Origin: a virus
Taxonomy: Duplodnaviria; Caudoviricetes
DNA length: 26,862 nucleotides
Direction: 5' to 3' (one strand)
Virus record (IMG/VR): IMGVR_UViG_3300006810_000312
Coordinates: 1-26,862 of that record
Part shown: positions 16,599 to 25,036 of the stretch, in pieces
Position numbering within the stretch: position 1 is the first letter of the stretch
Layout: each line of letters opens with the position of its first letter
Notes under the pieces: generated by a model
Told to the model about the DNA's origin: nothing
Databases searched by the model: none
Seen by the model: the letters and a program-made list of their open reading frames with translations, nothing else
Position numbers and translations under genes: made by a program

Positions 16599-17494
16599 AA
16601 ACACTTGTAATGCACCCTAAGAGCGGTTGGATATTATCACACATATCTAAAAAGATATGTCTTAGTGATAAAGAATTCATTTCTTACCACAGAGATGAAT
16701 ATTATGATATGGAAAGTTTTGAATGTATTTTTTACGTAGATATTCAGAATACATGGAACCCTGCCTACAAAAAACTTTTGCCAAATGCAATACATATAGG
16801 ATTTTTTACCCATCTACACAAAGATAGTATCAATTCAATGAAAGAACATTGGAGTACGTTGGATGGGGTTGTTCACATGTGCAACAGATACTTTAAAGAG
16901 TTTCAAAAAGCAGGGCTATATAAGGATAGACAAATTGTTTTATATCCCGGTGATGTGAGATCGTTTGACGTAAAGCCTTGCACTATTGGAGTCGTGCAAA
17001 GGGGAGGATTTGAGGGCAAGGGGGATGGATTTTTACAAAAAGCATGGAAAGAATTACAACCTTTCTTTAGAAATGAAATAAAATTAAAGATAAAAGGTAA
17101 AGGTTGGAATAAGTCTAATTTTTGCGATATAAGCAGTGTTGAATTTGACGAAAATGAAGACTACGAAACATATCAAGATTTTTATCACTCCCTTGACTAC
17201 CTTTTGATTCCTTCTCTTTGGGAGGGGGGGCCGATGTCTTTATTGGAGGCTTTAGCTTGCGGATTACCAGTAATTTCTTCAAGGGTTGGTTTTGTTGAGG
17301 ACTTAATTGGTGATAGTTTACATGAGGGGCATATGCTTTATTCTCCGAATGATGTAAAAGGCTTAGTTCAGATATTAGAAGATATAGCTATTACTAAGCT
17401 AAACAGAAGAATGCGTATAGAAGGTTTAAGTTATTCTGGATATACTAAAGAGCTAAAAAAATTTTTCAAAGAGGTCAAAAATGATATGGCTTGA
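16595..17494 (+). CDS. GT4 family (GT-B fold) glycosyltransferase
   Basis: LLIPSLWEGGPMSLLEALACGLPVISSRVG (E-x7-E). Confidence 0.92.
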   Translation: MKTLVMHPKSGWILSHISKKICLSDKEFISYHRDEYYDMESFECIFYVDIQNTWNPAYKKLLPNAIHIGFFTHLHKDSINSMKEHWSTLDGVVHMCNRYFKEFQKAGLYKDRQIVLYPGDVRSFDVKPCTIGVVQRGGFEGKGDGFLQKAWKELQPFFRNEIKLKIKGKGWNKSNFCDISSVEFDENEDYETYQDFYHSLDYLLIPSLWEGGPMSLLEALACGLPVISSRVGFVEDLIGDSLHEGHMLYSPNDVKGLVQILEDIAITKLNRRMRIEGLSYSGYTKELKKFFKEVKNDMA

Positions 17495-17951
17495 TGTTGG
17501 ATGCGGCCCAAATAAAAGACAGGGATGCATTGGAATAGATCATTATCCTTTTGATGGAGTTGATATTGTAAGATCAATAACTAGAGGACTACCATTCTCA
17601 GACAATTCGGTGGATGGCATAATAGCAAATCACATATTGGAACATTTTGATGGTGATGATCTTATTTTTCTCGTTGAGGAAATGCATAGAGTCTGTAAGT
17701 CTGAAAGCCATATTTATGTAGAAGTCCCTGCATTGGGATCTCCAAACTGTGGTAAAGATTTTACTCATAAAAAGAAAGATTGGGATGAGTATAGTTTTGA
17801 TATGTGGAAAAAATCAAGCGACTCTTTGTTTGATGGTGGATACATAATACAGAGAGGGCCAATGTATGCCATTAAAGGGGAATTTGAAGTTTCATATAGA
17901 TATGATGAAGTTTCTAAGAACGCACATTACGACTTGATTGTAAAAAAATGA
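17481..17951 (+). CDS. Class I SAM-dependent methyltransferase (type 11-like)
   Basis: LDVGCG motif I; LPFSDNSVDGIIANHILEH; EMHRVCK. Confidence 0.9.
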   Translation: MIWLDVGCGPNKRQGCIGIDHYPFDGVDIVRSITRGLPFSDNSVDGIIANHILEHFDGDDLIFLVEEMHRVCKSESHIYVEVPALGSPNCGKDFTHKKKDWDEYSFDMWKKSSDSLFDGGYIIQRGPMYAIKGEFEVSYRYDEVSKNAHYDLIVKK

Positions 17952-18115
17952 TAAAAATATACAACAAAGAAGAAGAAGAAAAACAATCTTCTGGTGTAGC
18001 TGTTAAAACTATTAAAATCTTATTGGTCTTTACCTTATTTTGGATTCTTTTTTATGCAAGTAATTATATAGCAAAAAACATATTAACTTATTTTGGATTT
18101 AATTATATCCTTTGA
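17948..18115 (+). CDS. 55-aa membrane protein (not in ORF track)
   Basis: ATGA overlap with the methyltransferase stop; hydrophobic ILLVFTLFWILFYA. Confidence 0.55.
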   Translation: MIKIYNKEEEEKQSSGVAVKTIKILLVFTLFWILFYASNYIAKNILTYFGFNYIL

Positions 18116-18134
18116 AAAGTAAAAGGAAAAATTA

Positions 18135-18746
18135 ATGCTAATTATAGCAAACAAGGCTCAAGATATAAAAAACCTTGACCCCAAGTTTGGCGTAGAAATA
18201 GACGTAAGAGATTTTCATGGATTGCCAATGGTCGAAGATGGGCCTATAAAAAAATCTTGTCCTATTTTAAATGGTTGGATTGACGACCATCCAGATCATC
18301 CAATTTATGCTATTCATGTGCAAAGCGATGGATTACATAATCAAATAGTTGATATATTGGAAAAAAAAGTGCCTAATAGGTGGTTTGTTTATGGAATGTC
18401 ATTCCAGAGCAAATGGGATTTTTATCATTATGGAGCACCTATAGCAGAAACTGCAAGTGAGTATGAAGGCGATACAGGATTTGAGAAGATTAAAGCGGTG
18501 TGGTCCGTTAAGATGCATCCAGATGAGGGTTCAGACTTAGAGCACATTTCATATTTAAATTATGATAAAGCGAAAGATATACCAGTTTATTTCTCTTCTC
18601 CAGATGTCCTTTCTCCAAGCTCACAGATGTCTTTTGTATATTGGTGGTGGGAAAGAGCAATAAAAGACGTAAAAGTTAAAGGAATTTGTACTAATTACAT
18701 AAATGAAGCTTGGGAATATTTTAAATTTTATGACAATGAATTCTGA
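18135..18746 (+). CDS. GDPD/PLC-like TIM-barrel protein with degenerate catalytic histidines
   Basis: FGVEIDVRD, SDGL, SEYE, SPD and GICTN match the short GDPD-like proteins of polysaccharide loci; expected HR reads NK and expected HD reads ED. Confidence 0.65.
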   Translation: MLIIANKAQDIKNLDPKFGVEIDVRDFHGLPMVEDGPIKKSCPILNGWIDDHPDHPIYAIHVQSDGLHNQIVDILEKKVPNRWFVYGMSFQSKWDFYHYGAPIAETASEYEGDTGFEKIKAVWSVKMHPDEGSDLEHISYLNYDKAKDIPVYFSSPDVLSPSSQMSFVYWWWERAIKDVKVKGICTNYINEAWEYFKFYDNEF

Positions 18747-18921
18747 AAAATCTCCAGAAGAGGCAAGGAAGAAATACTTGGAAGGTGATGAAGTTGAATT
18801 TGCTTTTATTCCAAGATATGAAATTGTGTTCTGTATAGTAGATAATAGAAATGCGGAAAGAGTAGTTTACAAATCTAAAGACCAATCTAAAGTTTTAAGC
18901 TTTTATAATAGAATCAAATAA
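18730..18921 (+). CDS. Hypothetical protein
   Basis: Fills the gap between two genes; start uncertain (18703, 18730 or 18736). Confidence 0.55.
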   Translation: MTMNSEKSPEEARKKYLEGDEVEFAFIPRYEIVFCIVDNRNAERVVYKSKDQSKVLSFYNRIK

Positions 18922-18922
18922 A

Positions 18923-19654
18923 ATGGCTTTAGGTTTATGTATTTCTATAGATAAAAATTCAGAAACTGCTTTTAGTACAATTTCATCTGTAGGAAGTAGG
19001 TTTTCATATATAAGCATCTTGCATTCATCTGAAGGAAAAGACAAATATTTATCAGCAAAAATAAACTCTATAAAAACATCTAAATATAAATATTACAACA
19101 CCGCTTTAGACCTAAGAAATGATTATTCCGAATATGAAGTTAAGACGCAAAGACTTTTAAGAGACATAAGAATTCTATTTAATCAATTTGCTAATCTCAC
19201 TAAGGAATCAGAAACCAGTAATGGCAATGTATCACATATTGAAAAGATAGAATACATTGTTTTCGTAGATGGCAGTACGCTAATAATGAACATGCATGGC
19301 ATAAAGAATATAATAGAACTTATGAGTAGCTTTGATTGCGACATCGCATGTTCAAGAACCTTAGGTTCAGAGTATCCAAGTAGCGATAAAACATATATTG
19401 AAATTAAGCATGGGCTAAATAGAGGTAGAATACAAAAAGACGATAATTCTGACTTCAATTATAGCTTTTTCATTGTGAAGTCTGACTTTGCACGACACAT
19501 TGCAAATATAGAATGCACCAATAGATGGAGCATTGAGCAATGTTTAGGTGATGCGCTAGAAAAAGGGAACGGGCTTCCTTATGTATTTTCATTCCATGAA
19601 AATAATTTCGTAGACGGCATAATAGAAAAATACAATAAAAGACTAGGTGAATAA
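18923..19654 (+). CDS. Hypothetical protein, possibly a divergent GT-A fold
   Basis: N-terminal beta-strand, EYIVFVDGST DxD-like position, FFIVK and EQCLG; sits inside the glycan cassette. Confidence 0.5.
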   Translation: MALGLCISIDKNSETAFSTISSVGSRFSYISILHSSEGKDKYLSAKINSIKTSKYKYYNTALDLRNDYSEYEVKTQRLLRDIRILFNQFANLTKESETSNGNVSHIEKIEYIVFVDGSTLIMNMHGIKNIIELMSSFDCDIACSRTLGSEYPSSDKTYIEIKHGLNRGRIQKDDNSDFNYSFFIVKSDFARHIANIECTNRWSIEQCLGDALEKGNGLPYVFSFHENNFVDGIIEKYNKRLGE

Positions 19655-20801
19655 ATTGGATCAAGAATTTAAAAAAGGTAATGTGTATTCTACTTCTAAG
19701 CCAATATATCATACAAAAAGTATTGAAACATTGAGGAATGGCGAACAGCCATACCCTGTTCATGTTGAAATAGTTATATCTGATTTTTGCAATCATGATT
19801 GCGGCTTTTGTGCCTACAGAATGTCGGGATATTCTTCAAATGAGCTTTTCCAGATAGAAGAAGGTAATAGTAGAAAAGCGAGAAATCCCAGAAGAATGAT
19901 AGATAAGCAAAAATGCTTTGAAATCTTAGATGATTGTGAAGTAATGGGTGTAAAGGCAATTCAGTTCACTGGAGGTGGAGAGCCTACTGTCCATCCAGAC
20001 TTTGTTGAAATCGTCACATATGCCTTAGATAAAGGCTTTGAAGTGGCTTTGGTTACCAATGGCAATATGCTTATAAATAAAAGCCATAGAGATGTAGTAA
20101 AAAGGCTTAAGTGGGTTAGAGTTTCTATAGATTCCTCAACCCCAGAATACTATTCTGAAGAAAGAGGCGTTGGGATAAAAGCTTGGGATCGACTTGAAGA
20201 GGGCATAAAAGAGTTAAAGAAAGATCTAAGCGAAGTTGAACATGATGTGGTGTTGGGTGCAGGGTTTGTTGTTACAGACAAAAACTGGAAACAAATATAT
20301 GATGCAGTAAGGCTATACAAAGAGTGGGGATTTGATAATGTTAGAATTGGGTTAATGTTTAATCCAGAAGGATCAAAGCCCTACGAAGCATTTAGATACG
20401 ACATGAATTATTTGGCAATAAAAGCAGTAGAAGATTTTTCAGATAATAGGTTTACTGTAATAAATAGGGTTTCAGAAAAATACGATGAGCTTGATAAGGG
20501 AAACCCAGACTTTGAATTTTGCTCTTATCAACATTTTACTCAATATATAGGTGGAGATTTAAATTTATACAGATGCTGTGTTTATGCCTATAACAAGCAT
20601 GGGCTTGTAGGGTCAATAAAAAATATGCGATTTAAAGAGTTGTTGGATTCTGAAAGCAAAAAGAAAAATATGGAAGACTTCAAAGCTACTTCGTGTGAAA
20701 GATGTCAATTTACCGAAATCATAAAGAATACAAATAGTTTTATAGAATCAGAAGAAGATCGACCTGTTGGAATAGAGCCTCTACATATTAACTTTACTTA
20801 G
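19647..20801 (+). CDS. Radical SAM enzyme with C-terminal SPASM/twitch domain
   Basis: CNHDCGFC (CX3CX2C), FTGGGEP, VTNG, RVSIDS; C-terminal C...YRCC...GSI...CERC; GTG start. Confidence 0.93.
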   Translation: MNKLDQEFKKGNVYSTSKPIYHTKSIETLRNGEQPYPVHVEIVISDFCNHDCGFCAYRMSGYSSNELFQIEEGNSRKARNPRRMIDKQKCFEILDDCEVMGVKAIQFTGGGEPTVHPDFVEIVTYALDKGFEVALVTNGNMLINKSHRDVVKRLKWVRVSIDSSTPEYYSEERGVGIKAWDRLEEGIKELKKDLSEVEHDVVLGAGFVVTDKNWKQIYDAVRLYKEWGFDNVRIGLMFNPEGSKPYEAFRYDMNYLAIKAVEDFSDNRFTVINRVSEKYDELDKGNPDFEFCSYQHFTQYIGGDLNLYRCCVYAYNKHGLVGSIKNMRFKELLDSESKKKNMEDFKATSCERCQFTEIIKNTNSFIESEEDRPVGIEPLHINFT

Positions 20802-21179
20802 TCTTTCTTTGAACTGACTAGTGCTATAACCGTGATCTCTATTTAGGAATATAATTTCCCCAGATATGGATTTTCCTCTAACTTCTGCAAATTTGTCAGA
20901 GTCTTGATAGTCTGTGCCTAAAAATCTAAAATCGGGCCTGTAATACCTCAAAAGGTTGCACAATTCCTCTTCTGACGAATAAATAGCTATTTCGTCTATA
21001 TCTGCTATGCTTTTTAATACCATGAATCTCTCATGGATAGAATTGCATAGTTTTTTTTTGCTGTTTTCCGCTTGTAGTCCAACGATAAGATAATCACAAT
21101 ATTCCTTAGACTCGTTGACCATTAAGGCATATCCGGGATGCCAAACATCAAAAGTCCCAAATAAAATACCTTTTTTCAT
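20781..21179 (-). CDS. Cytidylyltransferase (TagD/RfaE-like HxGH superfamily)
   Basis: FGTFDVWHPGY, CDYLIVGL, ERF, GTDY and RDHGYSTS; AAGGAG RBS. Confidence 0.9.
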   Translation of the reverse strand: MKKGILFGTFDVWHPGYALMVNESKEYCDYLIVGLQAENSKKKLCNSIHERFMVLKSIADIDEIAIYSSEEELCNLLRYYRPDFRFLGTDYQDSDKFAEVRGKSISGEIIFLNRDHGYSTSQFKERLSKVNM

Positions 21180-21202
21180 TGATTCTCCTTTGCCTTATAT
21201 AT

Positions 21203-21232
21203 AATGTATAGGCTACTTTTGTTGGGTGTCAA
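21203..21232 (-). promoter_or_regulatory. Sigma70-type promoter for the cytidylyltransferase
   Basis: Minus strand TTGACA-N18-TACATT, about 25 nt upstream of the ATG. Confidence 0.6.
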
Positions 21233-21293
21233 TATATTTCTGTAGAAATGTATTTTCCTCCGAAAATTATAATAGAGTAAAGGAGACTCAAAA

Positions 21294-21509
21294 ATGAATG
21301 AATCAGCACTTGAAGTGGTAAATGTTATTTCTTCCCAGACCGACAAAGAAGTTAATATTATAGAGGGAGGATCTTCTAAGAAGAAGATTACTGCATCAAA
21401 GGGCAAAATGAATATTTTTGTTTGTAGTGATGTGAGAGAAGATCTACTTAAAAATGGTTGGTCACATCGGGGCGTAGTCGAAGCAAACGTATATTTTAAA
21501 GAGGGTTAA
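21294..21509 (+). CDS. Hypothetical protein, first gene of the neck/tail operon
   Basis: AAGGAG RBS and TATAAT at 21268; stop abuts the next ATG. Confidence 0.7.
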   Translation: MNESALEVVNVISSQTDKEVNIIEGGSSKKKITASKGKMNIFVCSDVREDLLKNGWSHRGVVEANVYFKEG

Positions 21510-22013
21510 ATGTCTCGTAATGCAACAGCAGATTTAGAGCTTAGTGTAGATTGTTATGCTACATTTGAAAGAATCGAAGCATACATTCCTTGGGTTAGTT
21601 TAAATTCAACTACGAGGCCCACTAAAAAGCAAGCTTTAACTGTTCACATTAGAGATAACTTTGATGTTATGAATGGCATGTTGAAGGAAATGGGGTATGT
21701 GGTCCCTGTTCCTTCGACTAATGCTACTTCTATAGCTATCTTAGGCAAAATCAACGCTTTGAATTCAGCGGCTAGTATAGACATGGCAATGAGGGGAGGA
21801 AATGCAGGTGTTTCTCCTCAAGCTATAGCTTTATATGAACAGCAAAAAATGCTGTGGAAAGATTTTTCTACTGGCAGAATAGAATTGCCGAATGCCGCCA
21901 GAGAAGGTGCTTATAATCTTCGTAAAAACGAGCTTCAACCAAAATCTCGCTTTTATGTAGATTCCAATTTAAACGACAAAGATCCAGTTTTTACAAGAGA
22001 TCAAGACTTCTAA
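21510..22013 (+). CDS. Putative head-tail adaptor/connector protein
   Basis: YAT-ER..., MNGMLKEMGYVVPV and C-terminal PVFTRDQDF resemble Mu gp36/DUF1320-type adaptors; position in the operon. Confidence 0.6.
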   Translation: MSRNATADLELSVDCYATFERIEAYIPWVSLNSTTRPTKKQALTVHIRDNFDVMNGMLKEMGYVVPVPSTNATSIAILGKINALNSAASIDMAMRGGNAGVSPQAIALYEQQKMLWKDFSTGRIELPNAAREGAYNLRKNELQPKSRFYVDSNLNDKDPVFTRDQDF

Positions 22014-22014
22014 T

Positions 22015-22521
22015 ATGAACGGAAATAAACGTCAAGCACCTGCAACTACAGGCATAGAAGTAAATGCATCTGAAGCATTAGCTAGATTAGGGCTTATCGA
22101 AAAAAGGCTATATGACTTTAGACCTGTTTTTAGATGGATAGCAGGAGATTTTGCTAAATCCCAAGGCACAATGTTCAGAAAAAGAGGTGCTATTTCTGGA
22201 TATGAGAAGTGGGCCGACTTGAGTCCAAAGACTATAGCAAAGAAAAGAGGAAAAAACAAAAGGAAAATCCTGCAAGACACAGGAAAACTGTATCGGTCTT
22301 TAACTAATACATCTGATAGCAATTTTGCCGCTGTTTATAATAGAAAATCATTAGAAATAGGAACTAAAGTCCCTCATGCGAAATACCACATGACAGGGAC
22401 TCAAAACATGCCTCAGAGATCTTTATTTAGAGTTGCAGAAAAAAGAAGAAGATCTTGGACAAGTAAAATTTTAAGGTATGCCGTGAGTAAAAAATTGCCA
22501 AAATTTGAAGGGCTTAGATAA
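22015..22521 (+). CDS. Phage virion morphogenesis / tail completion protein (Mu gpG/P2 gpS-like)
   Basis: WADLSPKTIAKK, ILQDTGKLYRSL and IGTKVPHAKYHMTGTQNMPQR. Confidence 0.85.
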   Translation: MNGNKRQAPATTGIEVNASEALARLGLIEKRLYDFRPVFRWIAGDFAKSQGTMFRKRGAISGYEKWADLSPKTIAKKRGKNKRKILQDTGKLYRSLTNTSDSNFAAVYNRKSLEIGTKVPHAKYHMTGTQNMPQRSLFRVAEKRRRSWTSKILRYAVSKKLPKFEGLR

Positions 22522-23012
22522 TGGCAGGTAAAAGAGATATTGCTTGGGTTGCTGACACAATTATTTCTACAATAAAAAGTGATTTGCCTGCAAAGCTTAA
22601 TGAATTAGACGCAGAATACAATGACGGTATCGTTTTAGAGGACATACCCGAACAGTTTATGTTTGTGTCTGAAAAACTGAACCCACCGGGATACCCTTTG
22701 CTTGTCGTTATAGCAGAAGGGACAGATTTAAATCCTTTTGATGGGCAAAGTAGATACGGCATTGAACATCACGATGTTACCATTGCAATAGCCCTTATAA
22801 GTAGAGGCGAAGACGAAGAATATCTTAAGCGCAGAGCAATGAGGACTATAAGGGGCATAGAAGAAGTTTTTTTAGAAAATAGAACCATGAATGGTAACGT
22901 AAATGACGTTATATGTATCAGTAAAGAGTATTCGCCTCTAGTAGGCCATGATGCAAGCACATTTTTTTTACAGGAAGGACAATTACAGATCCGTGTCGAA
23001 ACTATGACTTGA
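22521..23012 (+). CDS. Putative tail terminator protein
   Basis: Acidic 163-aa alpha/beta protein (YPLLVV, IEEVFLENRTMNG) between the morphogenesis and tail tube genes. Confidence 0.55.
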   Translation: MAGKRDIAWVADTIISTIKSDLPAKLNELDAEYNDGIVLEDIPEQFMFVSEKLNPPGYPLLVVIAEGTDLNPFDGQSRYGIEHHDVTIAIALISRGEDEEYLKRRAMRTIRGIEEVFLENRTMNGNVNDVICISKEYSPLVGHDASTFFLQEGQLQIRVETMT

Positions 23013-23019
23013 GGGGGTT

Positions 23020-23505
23020 ATGGAAACGATATCTGAAGATGGAGAAAAAACTGGCTTTAAAGCTTATAAAGAACAGATTAATTCTCTTAGAATGTATAAA
23101 GAGACAATTAAGGCTGAACTAAGTAAGCTTGAGGCTAATTCTACAGCTAAAGAAGTTGCAGGTAAGGCTATTGGAAAGAATGGGTTAGTTTACATCACCA
23201 TTATTGTTGTTATTGGTGTTGCGGCTAGCCTTTTCTTGGATCAAGATAAAATAGCCGCAGTTATGGGGCTGTTAGGGTCTTCGCTTACCGCTCTTATATC
23301 AATGCTAGCTTCTATTGCAGGGGCAAGTGAAAAGCAAGAAAAGCCAGAGTTTGCGGTTATCAAAGATCTAATTGATAAGTTGGACAAGTTGGATAAAGAA
23401 GAAGTCCCAATGAAGGTTGATGTAGATGGTGGTAATGTTGTTGTTACTAGAGGGAATGATGTCATAAGAGCGTCTGAGAATTCCCATAATAAAACCCATA
23501 AATAA
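23020..23505 (+). CDS. Two-TM membrane protein (holin-like candidate)
   Basis: LVYITIIVVIGVAASLFL and IAAVMGLLGSSLTALISMLASIAG helices flanked by charged regions. Confidence 0.6.
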   Translation: METISEDGEKTGFKAYKEQINSLRMYKETIKAELSKLEANSTAKEVAGKAIGKNGLVYITIIVVIGVAASLFLDQDKIAAVMGLLGSSLTALISMLASIAGASEKQEKPEFAVIKDLIDKLDKLDKEEVPMKVDVDGGNVVVTRGNDVIRASENSHNKTHK

Positions 23506-23514
23506 GAAGGCTCT

Positions 23515-23736
23515 ATGCCTAAGTTTAAGTATACTGGCGAAGGAGTTTTCAGATATGGCTCTATTGGCATAAGGAATGGAGACATAATTGAACTTTCTTC
23601 AGCACCTAATAAGAATTTCCAAGAGGTATCAGAAAAGAAGAAAAAGGCTTCGACCCCATCCAAGCCAGAGAAAGAAGATACAAAAGATAGCTTTAGTAAA
23701 AAAGATATTAAAAAGGAGAGCAGTGAAAATGAGTAG
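23515..23736 (+). CDS. Small hypothetical protein preceding the tail tube
   Basis: MPKFKYTG...GDIIEL with a lysine-rich tail; overlaps the tail tube start. Confidence 0.65.
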   Translation: MPKFKYTGEGVFRYGSIGIRNGDIIELSSAPNKNFQEVSEKKKKASTPSKPEKEDTKDSFSKKDIKKESSENE

Positions 23737-24967
23737 AGAAGATTTTTTAATTGGTGGGGCGAATGAACTTTTCCCCGGCAGTCAAACAATTATATATGTG
23801 GAAGAAGAGGCAACCTATGGTGCGGCCCAGACCGTAAACGGTGCTAATTCCTTTAGGACTATAACTGAAAGTTTGGGTGGAGCGGAAGAGCGTGAATATC
23901 GTCCAGATCGCTCTGGAAGTGCCGACCACCTTGAAAGGTATCAAGGACGTAAGTCTGCTGAATGGGAAATTTCAAAATTAATCCTTCCAAGCGGTTCGGT
24001 TACTACCGAACCCGATGACGATTTTATGTGGAAGAATCTATTCGGCAACAAAACAGTTAATGCAACGAACATTGAGTATACGCTTGCTACGGCCCACACC
24101 TCTTCTCTGACCATTCGCCGTGGTATTCGCACTGGAGGAGCGCAGGGAACTGCGGAAATGGGTGAGCAGGTTCGTGGTGCTATTGTATCTGGAGCAGATA
24201 TTGCTTGGGGCGCGAACGGAAACAATGGATTGGCCCAGATCACTTATAGGGGACAGGCCAAGGATTATGGATTTACCGGCAACTCAAGCATTGCTGATGG
24301 ATATGTAAATATTGCTACTAGCGCGGCTACTTTTAGAGTTACGAATCCGAAGCAGTTTACCGTTGGAAGCGTAGTTAAGATTGGAGCGGCGGGTGCTGTT
24401 GATTCTGATACTGGTGGTGGCAATGGTATCGTAATTGATACCGTAAACTACACTACGGGAGAAATTGCTTTTGGCGAAACGCTTGATGCTACGCATTCTT
24501 CGGGTGTTGCCGTTATGGTTTATAACCCAACAGAAAGCACTTCTGGATCTCCTCTCCATGCTCGTATTGGCTCTCTTTCTTTGGATGGATCTACCTCTCA
24601 GATAGACCACTTGGGCGGTAACATTACCATTGAAGATAATAGAGGATTGCTAAATGAGGAAGTTGGTTATGATTCGGCTTCCCGTGTTATGCGTATGGAT
24701 CGCAGAACAGTTACCTTTAGCTTGGATTTTTTGGTAAAGAAGGATGAGCTTGGAACCCTTTTAGGTAATATGGTCACTAAGACGGCACAGAATATTCAAG
24801 TTAATATAGGTAACGAAGCAAACAAGACGCTAAAGATCATTATGGCTAACAGCGAATTCGATTTTACTTCTTTGGATGTTCCAGAGCAAGAAATGGTTCG
24901 CGTTTCAATGACAGGCGTTGCTTTAGGTTCAAGTGGTAATGATTCTATTAAAGTTCGTATGCTGTAA
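23729..24967 (+). CDS. Major tail tube protein with an internal inserted domain
   Basis: ATG 23729 after AAGGAG; EEEATYG, SLTIRRG and RTVTFSLDF beta-rich tube pattern; G/T/S-rich; upstream of chaperone and tape measure. Confidence 0.8.
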   Translation: MSREDFLIGGANELFPGSQTIIYVEEEATYGAAQTVNGANSFRTITESLGGAEEREYRPDRSGSADHLERYQGRKSAEWEISKLILPSGSVTTEPDDDFMWKNLFGNKTVNATNIEYTLATAHTSSLTIRRGIRTGGAQGTAEMGEQVRGAIVSGADIAWGANGNNGLAQITYRGQAKDYGFTGNSSIADGYVNIATSAATFRVTNPKQFTVGSVVKIGAAGAVDSDTGGGNGIVIDTVNYTTGEIAFGETLDATHSSGVAVMVYNPTESTSGSPLHARIGSLSLDGSTSQIDHLGGNITIEDNRGLLNEEVGYDSASRVMRMDRRTVTFSLDFLVKKDELGTLLGNMVTKTAQNIQVNIGNEANKTLKIIMANSEFDFTSLDVPEQEMVRVSMTGVALGSSGNDSIKVRML

Positions 24968-24980
24968 TTAGTTACATTTG

Positions 24981-25007
24981 GTGGGAGCTTAAGAATTAAG
25001 CTCCCAC
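24981..25007 (+). terminator. Hairpin after the tail tube gene
   Basis: Perfect 12-bp stem GTGGGAGCTTAA/TTAAGCTCCCAC; no U-tract, so possibly a partial terminator or mRNA stabiliser. Confidence 0.55.
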
Positions 25008-25036
25008 TACAACAAACCCTACTAAGGAGATTATAT

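Noticed and set aside
17481-20801. DNA methyltransferase or 7-deazaguanine (QueE) DNA-modification pathway
   Set aside because: The methyltransferase lacks DPPY/NPPY/PC motifs; the radical SAM has a SPASM-like tail unlike QueE; no folE, queC, queD or dpdA genes are visible.
23588-23728. TTG-started 47-aa N-terminal extension of the tail tube in the ORF track
   Set aside because: It overlaps ORF 23515..23736, and ATG 23729 has a strong AAGGAG RBS.
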